Assembly: GCA_964357975.1 (NCBI GenBank)
Contig: CAYHNG010000007.1
Location: 1-61,281, forward strand
Direction: 5' to 3'
Origin: an uncultured Pseudomonadales bacterium
GTDB taxonomy: Bacteria > Patescibacteriota > Microgenomatia > UBA1400 > MFAQ01
Length of the DNA stretch: 61,281 nucleotides
Shown: piece after piece, positions 17,031-25,496 of the stretch
Position numbering within the stretch: position 1 is the stretch's first letter
How the letters are laid out: every line of letters starts with the position of its first letter
The notes under the pieces: model-generated
Seen by the model: only the letters and a program-made list of their open reading frames with translations
Told to the model about the DNA's origin: nothing
Databases searched by the model: none
Translations under genes and position numbers: made by a program

Positions 17031-17722
17031 TGGTTACCATAGTCCCGGCCATATTGGAAAAAGATGTGACAGCGTTTGAAGAAAAGCTTAAAAAAGTTTG
17101 GGGTATAACGAAACGAGTACAGATGGATATAATTGACGGTAAGTTTGCTCCGGTGGAAACGGTAATTCCGGAAATCTTGCTGAATATCGATACAATTGTA
17201 GATTTTGAGGGTCAACTGATGGTAGATAAGCCGGAAGAGTGGATAGAAAGATGTGCGGCGTCAGGAATGACGGCACTATATGGACACGTTGAAATGATGG
17301 CAGATAGAGCTAAGTTTGTGGCCGATACAGAGGCCGCCGGAATGAAAGCCGGACTAGCCTTTGATATTGATACTCCACTTGAGGGGTTGGAGGAGATGAT
17401 CAACAACCTCGATGGAGTGCTTCTCATGAGTGTGAAGGCGGGAAGTCAGGGAATACAAAAGTTTGACGAAAGGGTGCTACCGAAGATAAAAAAAGTCCGA
17501 GAAATGAGTGAGTTTGTGAAGATTGTAGTGGATGGGGGTCTGAATGTAGAAAATATCAAGAAATGTCTGGCAGCCGAATGGGCTCAAGAAATTGCCGAAG
17601 ATGAGTTAAATAAAAGCTTTCTGGGAATGGAGTTTGCGGTTGGTTCCGACCTTCTGAATGCCGACAATGTTGAAGAGGAGCTAAAGAAATTGGAAAGTTT
17701 GGGAGTAGATTCAATGTTATAG
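17030..17722 (+). CDS. ribulose-phosphate 3-epimerase-like TIM-barrel protein (divergent)
   Basis: Shows the Rpe block order (PAIL, MDIIDGKFAP, LMV, LLMSV, VVDGG). Both His positions that I align to the Rpe metal ligands read Gln. Confidence 0.6.
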   Translation: MVTIVPAILEKDVTAFEEKLKKVWGITKRVQMDIIDGKFAPVETVIPEILLNIDTIVDFEGQLMVDKPEEWIERCAASGMTALYGHVEMMADRAKFVADTEAAGMKAGLAFDIDTPLEGLEEMINNLDGVLLMSVKAGSQGIQKFDERVLPKIKKVREMSEFVKIVVDGGLNVENIKKCLAAEWAQEIAEDELNKSFLGMEFAVGSDLLNADNVEEELKKLESLGVDSML

Positions 17723-17729
17723 TGGGTGT

Positions 17730-18353
17730 ATGACATTCAAGAACTTACTGGCGGTTACCATTTTTGGATTTGCGGACTGTCCGCCAGGTGATCCGTTATA
17801 CAGAGAAACGGTAGAGGTGACTAGAATGATTGCCGAGAGTGGACTGGAAGTGGTAAATGGAGGTGGACCGGGGGTGATGAGAGCCGCAACCGAGGGTGCG
17901 CATGAAGGGGGAGGAGTGGCTTCTGTAGCCACGTTTTATCCTAAGTTTATCGAAAACTTTGAAGGCAAAGATCCTCAGAATAAAGCGGACAAGGAGATCA
18001 TTATGAATAATTATGTTGACAGAACCATGAAATTGTTGGAGCTGGGGGATGCTTACGTAATCTTTAATGGAGGAACGGGAACTTTGTCGGAGTTTGGGAT
18101 GGCATGGGGTCTTGCTTACTTATATTTTGGTCATCATAAACCGTTAATTTTATATGGTGGGTTCTGGTATCCTATTGTCGAAGCGCTGGTGAAAAATATG
18201 AGAATTGGAGATAGGCCGGGTGCTTTGAGAGTTTACAAAATTGCGACGACGCCGGAACAGGTAATGGAATATCTCAAGGAGTTTGATTTAGAAATGCCTC
18301 CACACCAAGAGATTAAGGATGACTTGAGTGGTGAGAAGGCTTTTATGGAATAA
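17730..18353 (+). CDS. LOG family (TIGR00730) nucleotide phosphoribohydrolase-like protein
   Basis: Contains the GGGPGVM and NGGTGTLSE motifs. The extended -10 TGtTATAGT ends 6 nt before the ATG. Confidence 0.8.
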   Translation: MTFKNLLAVTIFGFADCPPGDPLYRETVEVTRMIAESGLEVVNGGGPGVMRAATEGAHEGGGVASVATFYPKFIENFEGKDPQNKADKEIIMNNYVDRTMKLLELGDAYVIFNGGTGTLSEFGMAWGLAYLYFGHHKPLILYGGFWYPIVEALVKNMRIGDRPGALRVYKIATTPEQVMEYLKEFDLEMPPHQEIKDDLSGEKAFME

Positions 18354-18360
18354 TAAAGAT

Positions 18361-19107
18361 ATGATCGACACAACGAGAATCGAGAAAAACGGAAAGGTGA
18401 TGCTATTGGCTTATGATCAGGGTTTTGAACACGGACCGGTTGACTTTAACGAGAAGAGTGTAGATCCGAACTATATTATGAATATAGCCCAAAACGGATA
18501 TTTTACAGGGATTGTATTTCAGGAAGGTGTGGCGGCAAAATACTACCAAAAAGAAAGTGGTGTGCCTCTAATAGTAAAGCTAAATGGAAAAACTTCATTC
18601 CAGGGAGACGAACCGCTTTCGTTACAATTATGTTCCGTGGGGAAAGCGGCCTCTTTGGGGGCTATTGGAGTTGGATATACTATCTACGTAGGAAGCGAGA
18701 ACGAAGAACAAATGTTGGTGGAGTTCTCCAAAATAGAAGATGAAGCACATGCAAGAGGCATGATTGTAATAGCCTGGATGTATCCAAGAGGGAAAAAGGT
18801 TTATGGCAGAGAGTCAGACCGAGATGTGGTGGCATATGGAGCCAGAATTGGGATGGAACTTAATGCCGACTTTGTAAAAGTGCCTTATACGGGAGATGCG
18901 GAAAGTTTTAGCTGGACGGTAAGAGCGGCAGGAAAGACGGGGGTTTTGGCACAAGGCGGAAAGAAAGTGGACTGGGAAAATCTAGACATAGAAATAGAAG
19001 GAGCAATGAAGGCTGGGGCTAAAGGAATAGCAATCGGAAGAAATGTCTGGCAAGATCCAGACCCTACTGAGATTTCCCGAAAATTGTCGGAAATTGTGTT
19101 TAAGTAA
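18361..19107 (+). CDS. class I fructose-bisphosphate aldolase, archaeal/DhnA type
   Basis: Contains MLLAYDQGFEHGP, a Schiff-base Lys region (ADFVKVPYTG), and GIAIGRNVWQ. The ORF opens at 18328, but ATG 18361 follows the previous stop. Confidence 0.75.
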   Translation: MIDTTRIEKNGKVMLLAYDQGFEHGPVDFNEKSVDPNYIMNIAQNGYFTGIVFQEGVAAKYYQKESGVPLIVKLNGKTSFQGDEPLSLQLCSVGKAASLGAIGVGYTIYVGSENEEQMLVEFSKIEDEAHARGMIVIAWMYPRGKKVYGRESDRDVVAYGARIGMELNADFVKVPYTGDAESFSWTVRAAGKTGVLAQGGKKVDWENLDIEIEGAMKAGAKGIAIGRNVWQDPDPTEISRKLSEIVFK

Positions 19108-19540
19108 AGAGGCGTTTGAAGAGACGATCGAGGCGGTAACCCCATTTTTTCCAGAAGTCGCCGAAATATATGATATTTAAGAGAAGCAGGGTGATGATGA
19201 CAATGGCATCGTAGGTGGACCGATCTCGGTAAACATCTTCAAGCTGGATCCACATGGCAAATTCATCGAAAGCCAAGCCTAAGCCAAGTCCGTACAAAAC
19301 GGCGAGTTGGAGTTTAAGTTTGTTGGTTCTTTCCAAAACCAGACTGAGGAAGCCGACGATGCCTAGAATAAATATTCCATAGGCAAAATGATGAACATGA
19401 ACACCTCTGACGACAATAAGTGTGTTGGGAAAAAGTCCAGTAAAGATTCGGGAGGCGGCAAAGGTGACGAGAAAACTAATAAGTATCAAGAAAGGGATTT
19501 CTTTGCCCGTTTTGGGCCGCAATAAGTGCCACGGTCTCAT
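19100..19540 (-). CDS. hypothetical four-TM membrane protein
   Basis: 146-aa hydrophobic ORF, convergent with the aldolase gene and overlapping it by 8 nt. Confidence 0.5.
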   Translation of the reverse strand: MRPWHLLRPKTGKEIPFLILISFLVTFAASRIFTGLFPNTLIVVRGVHVHHFAYGIFILGIVGFLSLVLERTNKLKLQLAVLYGLGLGLAFDEFAMWIQLEDVYRDRSTYDAIVIITLLLLNIIYFGDFWKKWGYRLDRLFKRLFT

Positions 19541-19603
19541 ATCTGATATTTTACATTTTATTGTGATACTTTTCAGGTTTGTGCTGGCTGATAGAATGGA
19601 GAT

Positions 19604-20587
19604 ATGCAGAAAGTTATCGTGGTTGGGGCGGCGGTAGTGGACGTGTTACTGAAGTCCAAAGCGCTGAAGACAATAAAGGGCCACCAAATGCCTGGAGGTT
19701 TGGCAATGTGTGAGGTGGTAGGTGGAAAGCTGGAAGCCGAAGAGAGTATGGTATCCAGTGGTGGCGGGGGAACAAATGTGGCTGTGGGACTTCGCCGATT
19801 GGGAGAAGCAGTCAAGATGATTTCGAGAATTGGAAACGATGATCTGGGGGAAGTAATGACAAAACAGCTAGAGAAAGAGGGGTTGGATTTGTCACTGCTA
19901 CAAAAAGGGAATGGGAAAACGGGTTTGTCGGTGGTCTTAGTGTCGACTGATGGAGCGAGATCAATCGTAACCTATCGGGGTGAAAGTGGCTTAATTGATT
20001 CCAGCAAGATCAATTGGCAAGAAATAATTAAAGCAGATTGGATACAGGTTTCATCGCTAGGTGGGGAAATGCAGTTTTTAGAAGACTTGATATTGTTTGC
20101 TTTCAATAACGGAGTAAAGATTGGCTTTAATCCAGGCAGAAAGGAGCTTGATCAAAAAGACAGACTGGTAAAGGTGATTCCCAAGCTTGACTTTTTTAAC
20201 TTGAATCGGATGGAGGCAAGCGTGTTGACCGGAGTAAGTTATGAAGATGAAAAAGAAATTGTAAAAAAAATAGCGGATTATGGGTGTAGGGTTACGGCGA
20301 TTACCGACGGCAAGAAGGGGGCAAGTGTGGTAGTCAACCGAACTTGGATAAAAATGGATGCTTTTCCGGTCGACTCTGTTGACGATACCGGGGCGGGAGA
20401 CGCATTTGTGTGTGGGATTGTAGCCGGGATACTTCAACACAAGAAACCCGAAGAATACTTAAAGATGGGGTTAGGCAGTGGCGCAAGCCAGGTGATGAAG
20501 TTGGGAGCGAAAGACGGGCTGCTTTATAAAAATGATATGGGAAGGTGGATGGCGAAGAAGTTGAAAATGGTGGAGGAAAATATTTAA
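19604..20587 (+). CDS. PfkB/ribokinase-family carbohydrate kinase
   Basis: N-terminal GAAVVD, GGGGTNVA, and C-terminal DTGAGDAF motifs. The extended -10 TGaTAGAAT ends 6 nt before the ATG. Confidence 0.8.
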   Translation: MQKVIVVGAAVVDVLLKSKALKTIKGHQMPGGLAMCEVVGGKLEAEESMVSSGGGGTNVAVGLRRLGEAVKMISRIGNDDLGEVMTKQLEKEGLDLSLLQKGNGKTGLSVVLVSTDGARSIVTYRGESGLIDSSKINWQEIIKADWIQVSSLGGEMQFLEDLILFAFNNGVKIGFNPGRKELDQKDRLVKVIPKLDFFNLNRMEASVLTGVSYEDEKEIVKKIADYGCRVTAITDGKKGASVVVNRTWIKMDAFPVDSVDDTGAGDAFVCGIVAGILQHKKPEEYLKMGLGSGASQVMKLGAKDGLLYKNDMGRWMAKKLKMVEENI

Positions 20588-20603
20588 AATGTTCGTGGTT
20601 TGA

Positions 20604-20640
20604 GATTGCCACACCCGCCGCGCGGCGGGTTCGCAATGAC
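20604..20640 (+). repeat. GATTGCC...TCGCAATGAC-family repeat copy
   Basis: Reads GATTGCCACa-CCCGCCGcgCGGCGGG-tTCGCAATGAC, with an internal perfect 7-bp stem. It lies between the pfkB-type kinase stop and the next promoter. Confidence 0.75.
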
Positions 20641-20666
20641 GATATTGATTGTGGTTAAATGAAGGT

Positions 20667-21653
20667 ATGGAAAAGCCAAAAATATTTGTAACTCATGTTT
20701 TTCTGGGAAAGTTTGTGGAAAGACTAAGAGATAAGTATGAAGTGGTTGTTTGGCCCGGAAAGGATATCGGACGAGAGGACCTATTAAAAGGAGTAAGGGG
20801 AAGTGTTGGAATAATTTCTCTGTTAACCGAGAAGATAGATGAAGAGGTCATGGAGTCGGCAGGTACTCAGCTGAAAGTAGTGAGTAATTACGCAGTAGGG
20901 TTTGACAATATTGACGTGCCTGCGGCAACCAAAAGAGGTATTTGTGTGACTAACACTCCAGGTGTCTTGACCGAATCGGTGGCCGAAGAGGTGTTGGCAC
21001 TAACTCTGGCGTTGTTTAGAAGAATTGTGGAAGGTGACCGATTGATTAGGTCAGGAAAGTACAAAGGGTGGGAGCCTGATTTACTGCTGGGAACAGGGAT
21101 TAAGGACAAAGTAATGGGCATCGTAGGTTTGGGGAGAATAGGACGATGGACGGCAAGGATGTCCAGTGCTTTGGGCATGAAAGTAATATATTTCAATCGA
21201 CACAGGGATGAAGAGTTCGAGGAGGAGTATAGCGTAGCTTACCACACCCTCGATCAATTATTGGAGAAATCTGATGTGGTTAGTATATCTGTCCCTTTGA
21301 CCAATGAGACTAGACATATGGTAGGTGAAAGGGAGATCAAGCTGATGAAGCCTACGGCGTTACTGATCAATACAGCTAGAGGACCTATTGTAGACCAGAA
21401 GTTTTTAATCAAAGCCTTGAAAGAAAAATGGATTGCAGGGGCAGGACTGGACGTCTTTGAAGACGAAATGCACATACCAGAAGAGCTCAGAGATCTCTCC
21501 AATACAATACTTACCCCTCATACCGCATCGGCGACGATAGAAGCTCGTGCGGCGATGGCAAAGATTGTCGTAGATAATATGGCCGATGCGATTGAAGACA
21601 AACAGCCATCGTGCTTGGTAAACCCAGATGTTTGGCAACACAAACTTGATTAA
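20667..21653 (+). CDS. D-isomer-specific 2-hydroxyacid dehydrogenase (glyoxylate/hydroxypyruvate reductase-like)
   Basis: NAD motif GIVGLGRIGR plus the catalytic blocks INTARGPIVD and TPHTASAT. The ORF opens at TTG 20649, but TGgTTAAAT ends 6 nt before ATG 20667. Confidence 0.85.
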   Translation: MEKPKIFVTHVFLGKFVERLRDKYEVVVWPGKDIGREDLLKGVRGSVGIISLLTEKIDEEVMESAGTQLKVVSNYAVGFDNIDVPAATKRGICVTNTPGVLTESVAEEVLALTLALFRRIVEGDRLIRSGKYKGWEPDLLLGTGIKDKVMGIVGLGRIGRWTARMSSALGMKVIYFNRHRDEEFEEEYSVAYHTLDQLLEKSDVVSISVPLTNETRHMVGEREIKLMKPTALLINTARGPIVDQKFLIKALKEKWIAGAGLDVFEDEMHIPEELRDLSNTILTPHTASATIEARAAMAKIVVDNMADAIEDKQPSCLVNPDVWQHKLD

Positions 21654-21654
21654 T

Positions 21655-21939
21655 ATGAATGACGAGGAAAAATTATTGGAGGTTCCATTAGATGAGGATG
21701 AAAATATTGGTGATCAGCCAAGTAAGAGGGTAAAGCGGAAGAAGTCGAAGGAGGAAAGGTTGGCCGACAGAAAGGTAATATTTTGGACGCTTCTGGCAGT
21801 TGTGGGGATGACGATCTTTTTTTGGACGTGGCCAAGAATAAAAGGGTATAAGTTTGGATGGCCGGAATACGTGGGGGGTAAGCCGAAAGTTGAGTTGCCA
21901 AAACCGGAATGGAAAAATTATGTTGAGTACAAACTATAA
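21655..21939 (+). CDS. hypothetical single-TM protein
   Basis: Acidic then basic N-terminus followed by one TM. I chose ATG 21655 because it lies 2 nt after the preceding stop. The ORF opens at 21628. Confidence 0.45.
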   Translation: MNDEEKLLEVPLDEDENIGDQPSKRVKRKKSKEERLADRKVIFWTLLAVVGMTIFFWTWPRIKGYKFGWPEYVGGKPKVELPKPEWKNYVEYKL

Positions 21940-24207
21940 AATTTGGGGGGTTGGTGAGTTTTGAGAAGAAGGTGTAGGATGAAGACGTCGTTCGATATCT
22001 GCTGGGTCACAGGCAAACTTGGGTTCCGTTCCCTGAACAAAATAATCAACTCTTGTCGGACAGCCGGTACATGTTAGAGTTCCGGTGAGAATGCAAATGG
22101 GAACTCTAATAAGGTCTTCCGGTAGGGTGAGGTTTTTTGGTTCCTGGTTGGTGGACAGTATGTGGCTAAATATTTTGGCCCAAATTGGTGAGGCACCAGT
22201 AATACCTGAAGCAATTTGGGACATGGGAGTATTGTCGTTGTTTCCGACCCAAGTGGCGACGAGAAAATTTTGAGTGTAACCGATAGTCCAATTGTCCCTT
22301 AAATCATTACTCGTACCGGTTTTGACGGCGACTTTAGCCGCTTTGATATTCAAGATGGAGTTTGTCCCGAAGGCCGGACTTCTAGCCGAATTGTCACTAA
22401 GGATGTCGGTGATGAAATATGCGGTGGTGGAAGAAATGGCGGTCTTGGGATTGCAGTTGCTGTCATCGGCGTTGGCAGTAGGACCTTCGGCGATACTTTT
22501 GGTAAAGGTTGGACAACTGGAGAGATGGAAGTTTTTACCGCCTGGTTTTTCAATTTTTATGATGGTATTGAGGGGGGTACTGATGCCTTGATTGGCAAAG
22601 GCCGAATAGGCGGTCGCTAGGTCAACCATTTTGACCTCCAAACTACCGAGAGACATAGAAAGGCCATAGCGATGAGGGTCCGTCCAGGTACTAATCCCCA
22701 ATTTTTGGGCGAAATCGGCGAAATTCGCCGGACCGTTTTGGGCGAGGATAAGAACCGAGGGAATATTGTATGAGCTGGCGAGGGCTTGTCGGAGGGTAAT
22801 TGTGCCATGAAATTTTCCATCATAGTTTTTTGGCGTCCAGGTTTCTTGTCCGGAAAGCCTGATGGAAACTGGACGATCTTCGATAATGGATGCTGGACCG
22901 TGTCCGTTTTCAAAATATAAAGCATAATTTAGAGGTTTGATAGAGCTTCCCGGCTGTCTCAAAGACATGGTGAGATTTACTTGTCCGTTTTGTTTGAGAT
23001 TAAAGTAATCTTTTGAACCGACCATGGCGAGCACCTCTCCGGTTTTTGGATTGGTTACTAAGGCTGAGCCGTTTCCGACATTTAAAGGTTTGAGTTTTTC
23101 AATTTCGGTTGTAACAATTTTTTGAACCTGGTTTTGGAGATTAGAATCCAGGGTAGTGTAAACTTTCAGGCCACCCTGAGTAACCTCGTTTTCTCCTAAT
23201 TGGTCAACCAACAGACTCTTTACCAACATGACAAAATGTGGGGCCTTGATTTCTATTTTGGCAGACTGGAAATCGAGTTTTTCCTCAAGAGACCGGGAGA
23301 GTTCAGTTTCGGAAATAAAACCCTCTTTGAACATCTGGTGTAGAACCCATTGCTGTCTGGAGACTGCCAGCTCGGGTTGGTCACCGAAAGGCGAGTATTT
23401 GCTGGGAGCTCTAGTGAGGCCCGCCAAATAGGCCGCCTGAGCCAGGTTTAGGTCTTGAGCGTCGGTATTAAAATATTGACGGGCTGCTTCTTGAATTCCA
23501 TAAGCCGGTCCACCAAAACCAATTTGGTTGAGATACATTTCAAAGATTTTATCTTTTGAAAAAAGTCGTTCTGTTTCGATGGCGAGAATGATCTCTTTGA
23601 CTTTTCTGATGATAGTTTTTTCAGGAGTAAGGATGGTATTTTTGATGAGCTGTTGAGTGATGGTTGAACCTCCTTCCAGTTTGTCGTCGAAGACATTTTT
23701 ATAAGCGGCGCGGAGAAGTCCGGACAAGGAAAATCCATTGTGAAAATAAAAATCTTTGTCTTCGGCGGAAAGAAATGCATCTTTGACATATTGGGGAAGT
23801 GAATCCAAATTGACCAGAGTCCTGTTTTCGTCTTTATAAATTTTATATAATATAATTCCGTTTCGGTCGAATATTTGGGTGGTTAACTTTGAGGGATATT
23901 GAGAAAGTAATTTTGGGTTGGGTAGTGTGTAGAATACTTTGAAATAAATAAGAATGATTAGAACGAAGAGCGAGGTAATGAACAATATATAGCGAAAGTT
24001 GACTTTGGAGAAATTAAAATAGTTTGATCGAAAACGTGGTAGATGGGGTATGTCTATCCGAATAGAAGAAAGAATGTTGGAGAGGACGCGGTTTAATAAG
24101 ATGATGAGATAACCGATAACCGAAATGAGAAAAACCAGAAAATTGAAGACAGGATGACCCAAGACAGAGAGAAAGTTGTGTAAGTTAGCGGCTTTCTTTT
24201 TTAACAT
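21934..24207 (-). CDS. class A penicillin-binding protein (GT51 glycosyltransferase + transpeptidase)
   Basis: GT51 motifs are EDKDFYFHNGFS and GGSTITQQL. Transpeptidase motifs are GSSIKP (SxxK), SYN, and KTGTS. Confidence 0.9.
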   Translation of the reverse strand: MLKKKAANLHNFLSVLGHPVFNFLVFLISVIGYLIILLNRVLSNILSSIRIDIPHLPRFRSNYFNFSKVNFRYILFITSLFVLIILIYFKVFYTLPNPKLLSQYPSKLTTQIFDRNGIILYKIYKDENRTLVNLDSLPQYVKDAFLSAEDKDFYFHNGFSLSGLLRAAYKNVFDDKLEGGSTITQQLIKNTILTPEKTIIRKVKEIILAIETERLFSKDKIFEMYLNQIGFGGPAYGIQEAARQYFNTDAQDLNLAQAAYLAGLTRAPSKYSPFGDQPELAVSRQQWVLHQMFKEGFISETELSRSLEEKLDFQSAKIEIKAPHFVMLVKSLLVDQLGENEVTQGGLKVYTTLDSNLQNQVQKIVTTEIEKLKPLNVGNGSALVTNPKTGEVLAMVGSKDYFNLKQNGQVNLTMSLRQPGSSIKPLNYALYFENGHGPASIIEDRPVSIRLSGQETWTPKNYDGKFHGTITLRQALASSYNIPSVLILAQNGPANFADFAQKLGISTWTDPHRYGLSMSLGSLEVKMVDLATAYSAFANQGISTPLNTIIKIEKPGGKNFHLSSCPTFTKSIAEGPTANADDSNCNPKTAISSTTAYFITDILSDNSARSPAFGTNSILNIKAAKVAVKTGTSNDLRDNWTIGYTQNFLVATWVGNNDNTPMSQIASGITGASPIWAKIFSHILSTNQEPKNLTLPEDLIRVPICILTGTLTCTGCPTRVDYFVQGTEPKFACDPADIERRLHPTPSSQNSPTPQIL

Positions 24208-24278
24208 GGATCAAGAACTTTTTTTAGGAAAGGGTGCAAAGGAACTTATTTAATTGTAGATCCGGTAAACCAAAAAGA

Positions 24279-25496
24279 CTAGGGGGTGGAAAGGTTTTTT
24301 ATGGGTTGCCATAAGTCGTCGTAGGGGGTTTCGTATCCGAGTGCCCATATAGCAATACCGCCTAAATTAGCCGACTTGACCAATTTAATTTTTTGTTCAA
24401 TCGACTGAGAGTTTTCAAATTGAATTTGAAAGATTTTACCATTTTTTTCATATGTCAGATAAGGACTAAGAGAAACGTTCGACCACTCTGCCGAAAGAGA
24501 GGCGATTTCTGGATCGGAGAATAAGGACCGAATGCGTTGGTAACTTGCAAGAGCTCCGGTTTTAGGATAAGTATTGGCGAGATACTCTTTGCCGGCCGTT
24601 TGCCACTCGTAGCCATAAAATGGAATACCGAGTAGAACCTTTTCCGAAGGTAAAATTTTGATTATTTGTGAAACGTGAGTAACTATATCCTGTTCTAGGC
24701 AGGGAAGTTGGCTGTTTGATGTCAAGATACATTTTCCGGTGATCGGGGCGATTGGACCCGCCTGAGTCGAGCTCTTTCGGTAGTAATCATAAGCCATAAC
24801 GATAAAATGATCGACGGATTGATTTAAGGCGGAAAGATCCCAAAGGCGATATTTTTCGGCAGAGTCGGCAAAAACATCAACATCTATCTGACATCTAGGA
24901 TTGACAGAGAGGCAAGTCTGCTTGAGTTTTTTAACAAATTGGGTAAAACCATCTCTAGTTTCCGGACCAGGTTCTCCCACAAATTCGAAGTCGACATTTA
25001 TATCGTCAAAGTGTCTATCTTGATAGACTTCGATAATGGAATGAATGGCGGCCGATGATGTTAGTTGATCTACGGTAAGGGAGTCGATAAGTTTAGGAGA
25101 CATGGCCGTAACAGTCAAAACACTTTTTTGACCGAGCAGCTTGGTTTGATAGAGGAGTTTTTCAAAGGAGGTGGAATTTAGTTTATTCCAGCCCGGTTCT
25201 TGTTCTTTCTTGGCGTTTGTCTTATTGATACTACCATCTGGGTTGAGATCAACGGCAAAATAGGCAAAGTGGGTGAGTAAACCAATGTTTAATTGATCGG
25301 CCCACTTAAGATTCCAGTAAGGAAAAAAGCCATAGATAATTTTCTTGGATTTCACTGATGGTGCATTACCGATCATAACTTCAATTAAAGCTACGGGGCT
25401 GACCAAGGGTAGTGCGTTTTGCCAGAATTTATAAGCCGTGATACCACTAAAGATAAGTCCAAGTAGAAGAAAAAATAGTCTAGTTTTGCGGAACAT
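24279..25496 (-). CDS. membrane-anchored glycoside hydrolase family 18 protein
   Basis: N-terminal TM and the GH18 catalytic motif DDINVDFEF (DxxDxDxE). Overlaps the upstream PBP gene by 17 nt. Confidence 0.75.
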   Translation of the reverse strand: MFRKTRLFFLLLGLIFSGITAYKFWQNALPLVSPVALIEVMIGNAPSVKSKKIIYGFFPYWNLKWADQLNIGLLTHFAYFAVDLNPDGSINKTNAKKEQEPGWNKLNSTSFEKLLYQTKLLGQKSVLTVTAMSPKLIDSLTVDQLTSSAAIHSIIEVYQDRHFDDINVDFEFVGEPGPETRDGFTQFVKKLKQTCLSVNPRCQIDVDVFADSAEKYRLWDLSALNQSVDHFIVMAYDYYRKSSTQAGPIAPITGKCILTSNSQLPCLEQDIVTHVSQIIKILPSEKVLLGIPFYGYEWQTAGKEYLANTYPKTGALASYQRIRSLFSDPEIASLSAEWSNVSLSPYLTYEKNGKIFQIQFENSQSIEQKIKLVKSANLGGIAIWALGYETPYDDLWQPIKNLSTP

